Source: Neoechinorhynchus agilis (Eukaryota; Animalia; Acanthocephala). From it: DNA of 64,000 bases. The position numbers and the translations under genes are program-made. The stretch lies in the NCBI GenBank assembly GCA_051530055.1, contig CM121341.1:8348784-8412783 (forward strand), read 5' to 3'. Below, in pieces: positions 24,276 through 39,205 of the stretch; position 1 is the stretch's first letter; each line of letters opens with the position of its first letter. The notes under the pieces were generated by a model that worked only from the letters and a program-made list of their open reading frames with translations, was not told the DNA's origin and ran no database searches.

Positions 24276-24436
24276 ACAAATGCGTCCAAGAGATTCAGAC
24301 GAATCACTGTCGATCCGAGATCAGAAACATTCCTCGTACAAAACATGAGTCTGGCTGTGCAACGGAACGGAACGCTGAATCCGTCCTTACCAGGACGGCG
24401 GCTGAGTGATCCGGAGCGATAGTGAAAGTGATTTAA
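24276..24436 (+). mobile_element. CRE 3'-end relic, duplicate of 10670-10830
   Basis: Sequence identity with copy 1. Confidence 0.7.
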
Positions 24437-24699
24437 CTTTAATTCCATACTAAAAGGCACACTAAATTCTAAAAAAACATGTAAATACAAAAAGCTAATA
24501 ATTAGATCTCGTATTTACCTCCCAATTGTCGAGTGGAAATGATTTGTAAATTCATCTCATCGATGAAAACAAAAATTACATATTTTTAGCTTTTGGTGTT
24601 CCTTTAAATACCTTCTTTTCCCGGCAAAGTTTCTGATTCTCTTTTTTGTATGGCTAAAAACAATCTGCGTGGGCCTCTCGTCGCAAGAGTCCAAAGCTC

Positions 24700-25262
24700 T
24701 CTCTCTTATCAGACTCAAACGACGACGTTATCCGTGCCAGGTTGTTGGCAATCTCCACTGGAGAATCAGGTGCTTGGCTGAACGCGGTCCCGCTGGCATC
24801 CGAGGGTATTCTCCGGCGAGGCAGTACGGGTCGGTTCGCAAGACATTCTGAAATCAACATGGTGCTGAGCCGGGCACTTGTTATGCGGTAAATACCCCCA
24901 ATATTTTGGAACCTGCCAACCTCTGTTCCCTGGCAGGAGGGTAAATGGCTCCTCTGGGACGCCACTGTGTCGATACACTCAAGGCCAGCAATCTCAAGTT
25001 CTCAGTGGTTCAAACTGGAGGTGCAGCGAGCACTGTAGAAAGGCGGAAAACGGCGAAATACCTTGATTTAGCCAATGTGTTTGTGCCTTTTGGGGTTGAG
25101 ATCTACGGATCTCTTGGTAGCGAGGCTCTTCTACTCCCGAGGGATCTGAAGCGACGCCTTCAGGTTATAACCGGCGATCCAAGGTCAGGTCAATACCTGG
25201 TTCAAAATATCAGACTTGGCCGTGTTGAGAGGCAACCCTGCAAGCATTCGGGCGACAATTGA
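24700..25262 (+). mobile_element. Degenerate CRE relic of a further family, internally deleted
   Basis: ARLLAISTGESGAWLNAVP, RFARHSEIN, FPWQEGKWLLWDAT, VDTLKASN...ERRKTAKY...FVPFGVEIYGSLG...TGDPRSGQYLVQNI. Confidence 0.85.
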
Positions 25263-25653
25263 GGACGAGGACGGCTGGGCATACCGTGGATTTTGGTAAG
25301 ACAAGACATATGGATATGTAAAATAGTTTTAGTTTGTGTTAAGTAAAGAAGTTGTTCAATTTGAAGTTTATTAAATGCCTTTTAAAGAAGTGACATTAAA
25401 TTGACAATGTCGCCATTTTTTTAAGGAAGCGCATTTAATTATCGACGTTTCTCAGTTTCAATGATGCTTTTTCTTTTCACAAAAGCTCCACATTTTCGAA
25501 AATATTTTGAGCAGCGCGATATTTTTATCCTTTTTATACTATCCCACGTAGATCAATGTTCCCAAGAGCGTTTGATTGGAGATCAAACGCGAAAAAGAAT
25601 AAACCCAAAATGGTTGTAGTACATATAGCAAGCATGTTTATTTAAATATTTCT

Positions 25654-28600
25654 TTAGTTCGAAGTATTTTCAAAACAAATCGATTGAATTAGTCGATCGC
25701 CAGTGCCTATCCGAGCAAGATACGCCAAGTTGCCGAAAAAGAGTAAATCGCAGTAACTAAAGGATGCAAGTTGAATCGAAGAAAACTTTAAAAAACACAA
25801 AAACCTATCGGTTGATATGTTTAAAGCCCCATGCCACAAAAGAGTATCCTCGGTCACTTTAGCAAATCTATCATCTCCAAGGTGGTAGTCTTCAAATGAC
25901 CATCTATGATTGGCACATTCTTGATCCGATATGTCGTCTTTTAAAGAACATGAACGTTCAATCTCCTTTACGATGTTAGCTGCGAATTTCAAATCCACCT
26001 CGTTGGAAAGTAGCCTCCATTCAACGTCATTGTCTAAACAAGGATCAATAAGATTGGGGAAGCATACTGAAAAAAACTGTTTTACATTGAACGAAATATT
26101 TTTCATCTTTAGGATTTTCCGCGTGGATGATTCTACACTCGAAATCGATGAATTCGAATTGTCCAAACATTCGAACTTTCTCAAAACCCATCGATTCAAT
26201 CGATCTAATTCCATCCGTAAATCTAAAGATTACGTAAGTGTTAGAGGTAAAGTGATTAGGAAAATTTCCCACATTAGTATATCTTCGCAACTTAGACAAA
26301 TTCCATGCTGCTCCAAAATGTTTATGATTTCATTTAAATGCGCCAGATTCGTATTAATTTGACAGTTCTGGTCTATCTATAAAGAATTTATTATCTATAA
26401 AAGCTGAATTTATTAAAATTGATATTAAACATTGGGAGCGAAAGGTCAGTTTTGGATTCGAAGCAAGAAAAAAGTGCTAACCTTAGGAAAAGTGAGCCTA
26501 TTTTATGTGCAAAAGGCATCTTTTTAGTCTGAAATGAAAAGAACTGTGTCCAGGTATAATTTCCGTTATTAAAAATCTTATAAAGAAAATAAAGGAAATG
26601 TCAATATATGAGAAGTTTTGTTTAGAAGTCTTCAACCCGGTAAAGAACGTTTGTTTTTATTAAAGACGTTCTACGAAGCTCGTCGTGTTCATCATCAATT
26701 TGGAAGTTATTAAACGACGCTAAAGTTCGATAAATAGACTAAGATGATTTTTCGAAATTAACTAGCAAAGTATTGGAGTAAATATTGAGGATTGCAATCG
26801 AGTGGTGGTTAGAGATATTGTTGTTATTTAGGCCACTTATCGACACCCGAGGGAGATCGCTTTGAACAGACGAACGTATAGATTTCGACTGTTTGAATCC
26901 TAATCATTTTATCAATTCAATTGCTTGTAAGTGCTGTGAATGCAATTGAATTCATAAAGTGACTCGGATTCAATCAGTCGAAATCTATACGTTCGTCTTT
27001 AACGCGATCTCTCTCGGGACAAGCGATCTAAATAACAACATTGGAGTAAATATTTGAAGCTAAAATAAAATGATATTTCGTGCTTTTTGTTGACATATCT
27101 GAGATGATAGACATTAATTTTACGAAGTGGATATAATTGTAAGATGATGAATATAGATATCAAGTACAATCTTTATGAGAAAAAAAATTAAGATAAAAAC
27201 TTAAGAAAGTCGTACCCATGTAAGACAGAGTCTATCCAGTGCATTATCAGACAACTGATTTGTAACAATATTTATTTGTCCGCTTTTTATATCTGCCAAA
27301 ATTGAAAGTTCCCTGGGTGTTAGTTCATTTACAAGTTTTCGGATCGATGAAGTCTGTAGTCCACTAGTTATTTTCGCAGTATTTGTCTGGAGATCATTTA
27401 GACAATCAATTAGCTGAACCATGCTCATTGACTTCACCATCTAGATTTTTCATTTTATAGTTTTCTGGTCTTTGCTAGAAAGCACTTACGTTATCGCCTG
27501 AGCCATTAGAGCTTTTAGGATCCCAAGTCGAGTATAAATCAGATCTTGAACTTGTGTCGAGATTCTGAGGTAGGTTATTAAGACATAGTTGAAAACCCAT
27601 TTCATCATTATCAACGCCATATTTCATCATCATTTCGATTGCCAATACAATTTGTTGATACCTAGATGTTAAGAAGGAAGGGTTTTTTAATAACTTATTA
27701 AAATAAAAGCGATCACTCTAATCACCTAGAAAGCATGTTATTACCGATACGATCCAATATATTTTTGCGTAAATTGTTGTGCCAACATTTAAAAAAAAGA
27801 TGCCTTGCTAAACTTTTTTAAACTTTAAAAGAACGCGAGAGATTGAACCAGATACTGTTCTAAATTATCTTAGGTTACATATAAAAGTGGTAATAATTTG
27901 CCGGGTTTTTTTCTCTCAATTCAAAGATCTCAAAATTCATACTAACAATGAATATTTATTTTTTGTTTTATGAGATCGTAGCCATTGGACGATATGATTC
28001 GAAGAATCGTTTCGATCATTATTCGCTAATTTTGAACTCAATTTTACATATAGATCTGTTCAAACACTCAATAGAATCGTATGAAATTCTATTTTTTAAA
28101 ACCAAACCCGGTTTCCAAATGTACTTTATACGAATATCTTTTTGGTGTTCATTGAATGAAACCATAGATAGTTCATCGAGCAGAACACGTTTTCCGTTCA
28201 CTTCTTCAATTAGTGATCCGATTTGTAGTTTAAAAGAAAGACTGTATTCGAGAGGAACATTTGAAACGAACACCAAATTCGTGTTATCATCATCAGTTAG
28301 ATTAACGAACGACAAAGTTTGAATTAAATCTTTGTTAAACGTATGTTCTTCACTCATTTGTTTGTTTGTAAAGGGTACACAAAGACCGGGATTTTGGTTG
28401 CCATGGAAACCATAGTGATAAGACCTCCCCCACCCCAAACACAGTTTCTTTAGGTTCGTATTAATCAAGAAGCACCAGTGGGAAGGAGGCAGCTGGCGGA
28501 CGAGATAGGCAATAAGAAAGGTAGACATTTCAGGGTGTCTCTTGGTAGACAGAGACAAAGCAAATGGGACTTTTCATAATGGAGTAGATGGCCTATAGTC

Positions 28601-28656
28601 ATCATAGTCGCTTCCAATTCATAGACATACTTTGCACACCACACACACCAAGTCAT
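25654..28656 (-). CDS. Putative multi-exon gene of unknown function; model incomplete
   Basis: Open blocks 28019..28558, 27201-~27660 and 25654..26214 can be partly joined by short GT-AG introns; at least one homopolymer frameshift is needed; no family recognised. Confidence 0.4.
26819..27040. mobile_element. ~220-bp foldback hairpin (MITE-like)
   Basis: 26868-26900 pairs with 26966-26998 (32/33); outer arms TGTTGTTATTTAG / CTAAATAACAACA; inner AATTCAATTGC / GCAATTGAATT. Confidence 0.75.
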
Positions 28657-28744
28657 CGTGGTATACTACAACAATACCATTGTTCTACATAAGGAAGCTA
28701 ACAAGGGAATATAGAGAGAACCAGTCGCTCCTCTGCTTCCCATC

Positions 28745-30281
<1,537 letters not shown>

Positions 30282-30739
30282 ATAAAATCGGAATTATTTG
30301 GTTCATAAGTGATTTTTGAATTGTTATAGGCACCGAAATTTCCCAATTTGAAGATCCCTGGAATCGTGGAAAAGGTCAACAAAATATTCTGAATTTTAGG
30401 CTTTTACGAATACATCACCGTTTGCGATGTATGACTTGGTCTTTAAGTATGTTTTTTGCAAGAACGTATTTTAAGGTGTTAAAATTTATATTTTCATTCA
30501 ATTAAATATCCAAGCGTTCAAATTTCCGATCTGAACGGCCAAATATCTTTATCCTCCATTAGCTCTGGTATACAGCAGTCCCTTTCTAAATTGCTGGTTC
30601 TCCGATAAAAATAGTTTTGTTGTTGCGGCCAACCATCTTTCAAGGATAAAAATTGTTCGTTATTGTTTTCGAACAAGTGAAGTCCCAAGGAAACGGCATC
30701 TTTCTCACTGAACTATTCGGTCTTTTCCGTCATCTCTAC

Positions 30740-31290
30740 TTAAACTGACCTCCTCGACGAGAGATGGAATGCCGTTGCCAAAGCCTTACGTTTTAGAGTA
30801 TTAACCAAACTTTGGCGATTCAGCTGGGTATCGTTTCTTATGATGTTAAAATTCCAATCAGACAAGATTCCCCAACTAACCCTAATTCTTGAGTCTCTTT
30901 TTTTGCTTTTCGTTTAGAAAAAGGAATAGAAACTTCACATTTTTCGTGAGTTCTGCCCTAAGCGAAATGATCTTATTACTTTCAAGTGAAATCCTTTTTG
31001 TTGAAAAATGGGTGGTGAACTTCGTTTTTATGTTAAGGAATGAAAAGAGACGTTTAGACTTTGAAGAACCAAAGTGGATCAGTTACGAGTAGTGGTGGCG
31101 TAAGGAATACATGAAATCCCACTGTGGATTTTTCATAAGAAGCAGGAGAAGGAAATCCGTCATATATGGCATAGCGATTATGACTTAGCAATGGCATTCG
31201 CAAGCGTTGGAGATTCGAGAATGGTGAAGAGATTGTGGGAGTCTTAAAATACCTAAAATTATCTTCCTTAATACTGGACGATTCGTGCAT
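30740..31290 (-). CDS. Possible small spliced gene convergent with tubulin, unknown function
   Basis: AG directly before ATG 31290; 78-aa ORF extendable through two ~40-nt GT-AG introns; no family recognised. Confidence 0.25.
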
Positions 31291-33233
31291 CTTCGGTTAG
31301 TTTCAGATGTTCTCATGTATTCTTAGTCCTTTAGAATGTTCATCAAGAAAATAACAAGAACTTTTTCGTTTAGATTTACATAGACTTTTGTGTTAGTTAT
31401 AACAGAATCTCTGAATTTTCCGTATTATAAAGAGTTTACATCTTTCCATGGACAATAAACAAAATCTTTTTTAAAATTGTGATATTTCTGCTTTATTTCT
31501 TTGAATTTAACGAATTTGTAGCGCAGCTCTCCTCCGTTTAAAATCGATAGTCGGTTTATAAAAGCTTGCAACACTAATCGAGATACTCATGCTCTTGGAA
31601 AACTGCATGAAAGCAATTGAATCCGAAGTGGTACTCAAAGCAGCAGTGTTAAGCGTCCATTAAATTAGCAGAAAGCGGTTTGCGTGGAAGCTTAATATAT
31701 TTTAATTTCAATCTTATAGAAGAAAATCGGACCATTCTTTAATTTTGTATAAAGTAGTAGAATATTTTCGCAAGACGTCTTGACTAATTTCCATGATTCC
31801 CTAAGCTCTAATAGCTGACGAAAATAGAGAAAGAGTGTTTTCAGTGATTAACTTTAACGCTTCGGTTACCAAGAATCTGCGTGAAATCAAATCACAGGCT
31901 TCTTTTTAGCCTTCTATGCCGGATGGACGATTTCGCTATACGAGAAAATGATTCGTCACGGGGCAAGAAATCAAATTCCGATTTCTTGAAGTGTCAAGAT
32001 TTGTTTCCGAGTCAATGCACCAATATTTTTATGGATTCACAAATTTAAATATTTCTAGGACATTTCGAAGTTATATTAAATCAAATAGAGGTGTATTTCT
32101 ATTGTTCCGCATAAATATATTTTGATCATGGAGAACTTATTGTCATATACGAGCTTTCTTCATTGTGAAAAAAGTGCATAATAAATTCGAGACAGTATTG
32201 TCTCTAGAAAAAACTAAACAATAAAGTGTTTTGAGGCGCCACGCTATTTTAAAAAAGGCTTCTTTAATTTTTTTAATTTATTGCAACCTTATAAAAATAA
32301 ATATTTGCAATTTTTATCCCGTAAGTCCCATTAATAATTTAATGTGCGTCATTTAAAGAAGGAGGCGTTAAGTGTTGAACAGAATTTAATAGTAACTCTA
32401 AACAACCTCAGGCATAAGATTTTTTCGCCTACTACAACGTTGCTCAATCTAAAGGAAAATAAGCATTTAATTTAATTGTACTTTTACACATACAAAATTT
32501 ATGAGAAAAAGTGGTAGCTAATTTCTAAAAGCTGTGACAGCAGTGTTTTTTGTATGATTCGTTAGCAAATCATGTCAATGGGTTACTTATTTTTTCGTGA
32601 AATAAAGAGAGATTACGACTTTCAATGGCATTCTTAATGGGTTTCATAAAAGATTTTAAGAGTTACTAAATGAATTTGTAGTTTTATAAATTTAGCTAAA
32701 ACAACTTTGTTTTTTAGAGACCTACAAAGGAAGTCCGTTTTAAAATTAATATTTTGAATAAGCAAGCCTTACCAGTAAATCAATCCATTAATTAAAGGTA
32801 ATATAAGAACAGATGAATTGAACAAACGTTGTGGCGAGAGAATATTTTAATTGTGAACTTTTACAAATATTGAAGAATTTAATTTTTGCCAGGATAAAGG
32901 GGCCGATGATTCTTTGATCGTTTACAATAAAGCAAGTATTTAAACCTGAGTGATGAAATTTCGAAAAAAAAGCGAGACCATCTCACGATTGAACATTTTA
33001 CATTTGACAAGATTTTCTTTGTTACTGTCCTGTATATCGTTTTTTCAAAAGTCATGAGCAATCTAATGGTTATGCCAAAAAAGTTTTCCTGTATTTTCCT
33101 AGAAGGTCTTTTAACTCACGAAGAGTATTGTAGATGACAATTGTTGCTCTCTCGTAAAAAGAATGCGAAGCAAACCAACGGGGTCGCCATAATTTGTACC
33201 AAACTCGTCTACCTTCCTCGCAATAACCAACTA

Positions 33234-33827
33234 ATGTTAATAACATGCTGCAAAATCAAATTCACATGTCAAATGATAATTCTGGCATGTGAATCATTTA
33301 TCAGGATGATCATGGGATCAGCTTCGTTATCGATATATGTCGTACAATTTATGATAAAATGCATTACGATGATTTTGGAACAAAAAGGACGTAACATTGA
33401 GGACGAACTTGTTCAAATTGTTACTAAGGTTTACGGCGGAATGATCATCGCTGTAGGAATACTCGGAGTCCTTGCTGTCTCGGCCGGAATAATCAACGTT
33501 TATACTCAGAAACAAACGTTCAAATATGTGTTCATTTCGCTGATCGGTTTCGCTCTTCTCATCGAATACGGCGTTACAATCTATATTGCAATCAGATTCG
33601 ATGCAATGTTAGCCACTCTTCCACTTATAGAAAGCATTCATAAGTACTTTTCTAAGTGGTTCATATATGCAATCGCCGCCACATATCTCTTTCTGGTCAC
33701 TCTGTGGAGGGCAATGACGGTCCATTCGATTATTATCAAAAATCAAAATTTAGAAAAACTCATATATCCTGCCGTGAAAAATTATTCGGCTACTCATTTC
33801 ACCACTAATCGATATAATGACCTGTAA
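33234..33827 (+). CDS. Four-TM membrane protein, tetraspanin-like topology (~197 aa)
   Basis: Four hydrophobic segments; polar Glu in TM3 (LLIEYGV); no CCG motif; start codon uncertain. Confidence 0.55.
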   Translation: MLITCCKIKFTCQMIILACESFIRMIMGSASLSIYVVQFMIKCITMILEQKGRNIEDELVQIVTKVYGGMIIAVGILGVLAVSAGIINVYTQKQTFKYVFISLIGFALLIEYGVTIYIAIRFDAMLATLPLIESIHKYFSKWFIYAIAATYLFLVTLWRAMTVHSIIIKNQNLEKLIYPAVKNYSATHFTTNRYNDL

Positions 33828-35884
33828 GTAAATGCTTTCTAATAAAAACCAAAAGGAAATTTGCGTTGGTCTTGTTGAGGGGAAAAATCTTCGCTCGGCT
33901 TAAGTTGCAAGTTTCGACGATTTGGTTTATTACAATCTCTTTTTTTAGATTTGGAATTATGAAAACGCGTTGATTAAAATAATCTGAGTAAAAATTTTAT
34001 AGGCGCTCTCAGTTTAACGTGTAAAACTTTTTTCAAAATCAGTACTGTTTAAAGATTGCATTGTTCATCTTTTTTTATGGTGGAAAAATTAATGGACCTT
34101 ATACAAATATAGCACTTAAAGAACCAATTTTTCGGCCGCATAAATTCGATTTTTCAATTCGAGAAAAAGTTTCCATTAAACACACGTTAAAATTTAGATT
34201 ATCATCTTTTGTGATCGTTCATGCGTTCAATAATTCCTTTAAAACGCTTAATGCTGTTTAGACAGTCAGAATCACTGGAAAAAAAGAAATGATAACATTG
34301 AGGCTATTCACATTTTTATTTCACTGAAGAGAGATGATTTTGCAGTGTGCGATCAGGCAAGGTGGTCGGCTTTAAAGCATGTAGATTGCAATCATTCGTA
34401 ACTTCAGCAACTGCTTACATTATGCAACCAGAGAACTCATGACAGTTACTGCTTCCTCAACATAATTAGTGCCAGCTTTACAACCAATAAGAATAAGCGA
34501 AAAATTTATTGTTTAGCCAAGAAAAGGGAAACCGTTCATCACTATGACTTCTTCCAAGAAATACTCTGATAGTAGCGAGCATTCGATGCAGTCTGTTGTT
34601 AGTATCATTTATAAACTGGTCAAAATGTATAGGAAACGAATGGAAATATAAATTAGTATTTAGAAAAATATTTATTTTGCTTAGGAAACTAGAAGTGTAA
34701 AATGATATTAGCTGAAAAATTTGGAGTAAATATTAAAACCTTCTCAAAATTTTGTCCATCGGAATATTTCGCTAATGTGGTAAGATGCTTAAAATCAGAA
34801 GTATCAAATTAACTAATGCGTTTCATTGATTAGTACAGCCTCTTATCTTATGCCATTTCCTTTCTTGGTGCTCTTGTTTCAAATTAAATGGCAATCTAAA
34901 CCTCAACCGGCATTTTCTAAAACGTTTTCATTGTCAATCCACGGAAAATCTAGCAAAAAAATTAATGGAGTTTCTAAAACAAAAGCGACTCTTTTTATCA
35001 CTAAGAGATTCCTTTTTTTGCAAACTGCATACAAATATTTTCAAATAATAATGTCCGAACGCGTTAAAACTGGGTCCAAAGCAATAAAAGAAAATGGTTT
35101 CGTAATTGATGTTCAGCCATTCTTTTAAATTTGACATTTTAACGGGAAACGTACACTTTCTAAAAACCTTCTAGAAGTTTCAATAACACGCCTATAACCT
35201 TCTTTAATTGACTAAATTTCGAGTTTTGAGGAGTAAAGTTTTTTAGTTGTATAGAAAAAAAAGCGTATAATACCTGCCAGCATTTATAATATCATACAAA
35301 TTTATAACACACTCGCGTTCAGCTCCCTGCGCCATTTACACCGACCCTCAGTTCTACTCAACCGTGAGAGCTTTGATATACGCCCGGCGATTCAGTTTAT
35401 TCCGCAAGCGTTGTTGATTCGGGCTTTGTTGGTATGCGTTCGCAGGTAAACAACCCCTTTGTATTGATGGCATAGAATAAACGGTTGCAAGTTCGAAGCA
35501 TTCAGCCGGGTAATGATAGGAAGGAAGGTGGCGTTTTTCCAGCACAGATTGTTGACCAATGCTTGTTGCTGTTTTGTTGTCAGGATCAATCACGTTTTCT
35601 TGTCTGATGAGCATTGGCCGCTGTGAACTAAGTCTAACTTGGCACTCATTGGCATTCGATTGGGACGTGTTTAAACCAGAGTTCGCCGATTGGCTCGATG
35701 TATACAGTTCCATCCGAAATCAGAATAAGTGAAAGGGTTTTTTCTCGAAATCTTACAAACAATTTTAAATTTGCCATTTTGGGATTTCGAACGAAATTCG
35801 CGTGAATTTTGGAAGCAAAAGTGAAAGGTCATATTAGATGGCGATTGCCTAATCTTATCTACGAATCAATCTGAAATCTCTAAT

Positions 35885-38800
35885 TTAATGACAATTTTCT
35901 ACGCATCGGGTGCTTCTTGACAAATTGTGGACAAAAAGCAACGCACAAATAACAAAGGAACTCAGTGTGTTGTAAAAACTGAAGACGAATAACTTTGCCA
36001 TTTTTATAGGTGAATTTTGGATAAATGATGGGATTTGAAGTTCATGTCCAAGTTTCGATGGATCTGTTTTATCAAAAGAATGAAATGGGAACATGGTTGG
36101 TCGTCTAAAGATCCCTAGGCGTTTCCGATTGCGTTCTTGGTTTTGCCTAAGACAGCACCTCCGTCTACGTCTCAGATCGATGCACGAATCTCGACCAAAG
36201 CAAAGAGTGAACTGCGACAGTTTCTCGGAACCTTTCAGAATGGGTTCAGTGGCTGATTCATCGCTTGCGTCGCTTATTTGGCTCGAGTTTTTTCCTCCTC
36301 CTCCTCCCATAGTTGACTCGGACTTTGAAGGGGATGTTTTTGAAGAAGTCGATACTCCGCATACTTTTGAGTATTGCTTGCAAAAACACTTTAAAGCATA
36401 AAACCAAAGTCCGATGATCACTACGATTAACAGGATTTCATCTTCACAATATGTTCTCGATGGCAAGTGAGCCGAGTCGAGAACGTATAGACTAGCCCGA
36501 CTGCTTTTCCACCTTCAAGTTGTACATGTCCTAGACGGTGTTTTGGTTTATGAAAAGCATTGTAAATCTTACTTGTCTCAACCGTTGGTTGTTGGACTTC
36601 ACAAGGAACCTGAGTGGAGGTTAAGAACATTCGTTTTCGACCATGAAGCTTAACAAGTTCGCTATAAACATTGGGATTACGGTGAAGATTGTTGTTGTTG
36701 TTGCCTGGATAGTTATTGGTCGTTTGGTGTTTAAGTAAAGGTCGACATGTCAAATACATATAAGCTTTCCTGTTTGAAACGACGGGAGAGGAGGGAATGA
36801 GCATGGAGCTAAATCGATTCTGATGTGTGTTTGCAGTGTGTGCTCCGGCGAAGAGGGAAAATCGCGGCATGGAGTAGGTGTGAAAGTGCTGGAGAATTCC
36901 CGAGGATACTCACTTGGTTTGTTGTACGCGATTGAACATTCAACAGATCTGCCTTTTTAGATTGTCTCACATTCGTCGCTTCGCTCTGAAAATAACAGAG
37001 AATAGAAATTTGACCTTTAGCAAACAAATAATAATGTGCAAAACTTTCACGCCTACAAAGTGCACGAATAAATACTCATTAAAAAAGAAACAGTTTACCA
37101 AGAACTTTCAATTTATAACGAGAAATTATATGGAGCTGTTCTTTTAAAGATCCGGTTGATCTATATTGGCTTGGTTGCATTTGTATGCGGAATCGAGCAT
37201 AAAAACAGACAGGAAAAAGTTGTTCGTACTAAGAAAACGAACCCAATTTTCGGTTATGGATGCCACGGCATCTCCAAGGGGCTCCTTAGGGAATTACGAT
37301 GGAATTAATGTTAAATGATGCCAGAATATAATTTCCTTTTGTCCTTATAAAAATTCCAAAATAAATTAAAAAGCGTAAATAATTCTTTGTCATAGAGTAA
37401 CCGGTGTGAACCTTGACTACCAGGTCTTAGTTATCAAGAAAAATACTTTTCTATTTTAGTACACTTAACAACTGCTTACGGAGCACAATCTAATTGGATT
37501 TCTATGATGACAATCGCGTCTTAAAATCCACTCAAGTTTAAAAATCTATTCGGATAATTTGGAAAAACGCCTTAAAATGTTATCGCCTAAATCAAAACAA
37601 GCGAATTATTTACATATTCTAGGAAACGACGAATTCAATTAGCTAGAAAGTTGAACTTCATTTGTTTGTTTAATAGAATGGAGTGCATATTCTTGAAGGT
37701 AATGAATGTTTATTCGGTTTGATCTCGAAACATTTTACTATTTTGTAACCGCGTCCAACATATGATAAAATCGAGAAAGTAATTTTTAAACAACGTTCGA
37801 AGACCGATAATTTTTTAAACTTCAGCATAAAAAATAATTTGAAAATTTAGTTTTTAAAAAGCGAAAAAATGCAAATGGATAATAGCGACAGTTATTTTTA
37901 GAAAACGAAAAGTTTTATTTGCCGTATAAAGTATTTAGAAAAAAAATATTAAAGGAGTTTCATTGCGAACAAATCTGGGTTGAGGGAAACACTTTTTAAT
38001 AAATTCAAGAAACCGACACCATATAAAACATACTCAAGTGCATTGTTGAATAATTGAAATAATCACATGTCTAATTCGCGCTTATGAACAATTTTTTAGA
38101 CCATTCAAAAGATACCTATAAATAAAATTTTCCGAAAAGATCATTGAATAATCCGAAGAGTGAGTGTAATTTAATGAAGATTTTTATACCTATTTTCGTC
38201 AATCATTGAAAATCGTATTTCTAGATTAGTCGGTCTTGTTGCAGCGAACGTGAGCGTTTACATTATTGACAGAAAGCAAAAAGTTTAAAAATAATGAGAC
38301 AGCGGATCTCCTATAGACCGTATGCTATTAGCGGCTCCAATGGCCTTCAATTCGATTTGTTCGTAGTCATGTTGACATTTTCCGATATGAGGTGTGGGAT
38401 TTCTTATAACGCTTCCACTAAAAAAAGGAACCACTAATTAACGATCAATCAGATTGAGTTAGCTTATCGGTAATCGTTTATCATGGAAATAATCGACACC
38501 GGGTCGAAAAGGATCATTAATGTACTCGTTCCCAAAATGAAGGATGAAGTCATTTTCAAGAGAAAAAATATTAATTGTTCAGACGGCGACAAAGGTTAGA
38601 TCTGACAGGTTTCGCTATTTTCTAAATTAGGTGTTATTTTCTGATTATGACATGAAAAAGGAGGATCCGTGAGCTTCTTTACCTTAACCGTGTGATAGGG
38701 AACACAATGCATTTTTATGATGGCAGTGGCACTGACAATAATCCAGATTGGGTTGATGCCACCACCACCACCACCACCACTACCGTTTTGCGTTTGGAAA

Positions 38801-39205
38801 GGTGACAGCGCAGATGGGATAAAAGAGAAAGATATGGGAAGCGTTTGCCCTCAAGAAATGCAATTCGAGTACGAGAGTGAAAATGATCCTTAATTGGAAA
38901 CAGGCGTCGTTTAGTTGTAACTTCTAGGACTTCGGCACTCTAACACGAGAAAGCCAAAGCTATCGACCCTCGAGTACTTTAAAGACATCTCAAACCGAAC
39001 TTGTAGATTACATTTAGGTGCAGAAAAGCACCTTTTAAATCTTTAGACCTTTAAGGATTGCCTTTAAAATGTTAGATTGATTTCGATTGCTTGTGTATTC
39101 GTGTTTAAGGATTATTCTTTGAATCTTCACGCTGATTGACTGGAGGAGGGGGAGAAGGAGGAGCAGAATACAAGTGAGTGGGTGGCGTGGAAGGCAGGCG
39201 TACAT
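35885..39205 (-). CDS. Putative type I membrane protein with signal peptide and FNDC4/5-like TM segment; exon structure unresolved
   Basis: ATG 39205 (after TTCCTCAG) gives MYACLPRHPLTCILLLLLPLLQSISVK; candidate exons near 38640-38850 and 36427-36870; EDEILLIVVIIGLWFYALKCFCKQY (35885..36466) resembles FNDC5 EVLIIVVVLFMW...FCRQY. ORF 35354..35713 may be a last exon or a separate gene. Confidence 0.45.

Larger units (their letters stand above)
21578..24571. repeat. ~3.0-kb composite unit, copy 2
   Basis: Same orientation as 7973-10965, offset about 13.6 kb. Confidence 0.97.

Noticed and set aside
28465-28656. CxxC...H pattern resembling a LIM domain
   Set aside because: The remaining zinc ligands do not fall in one frame with correct spacing.
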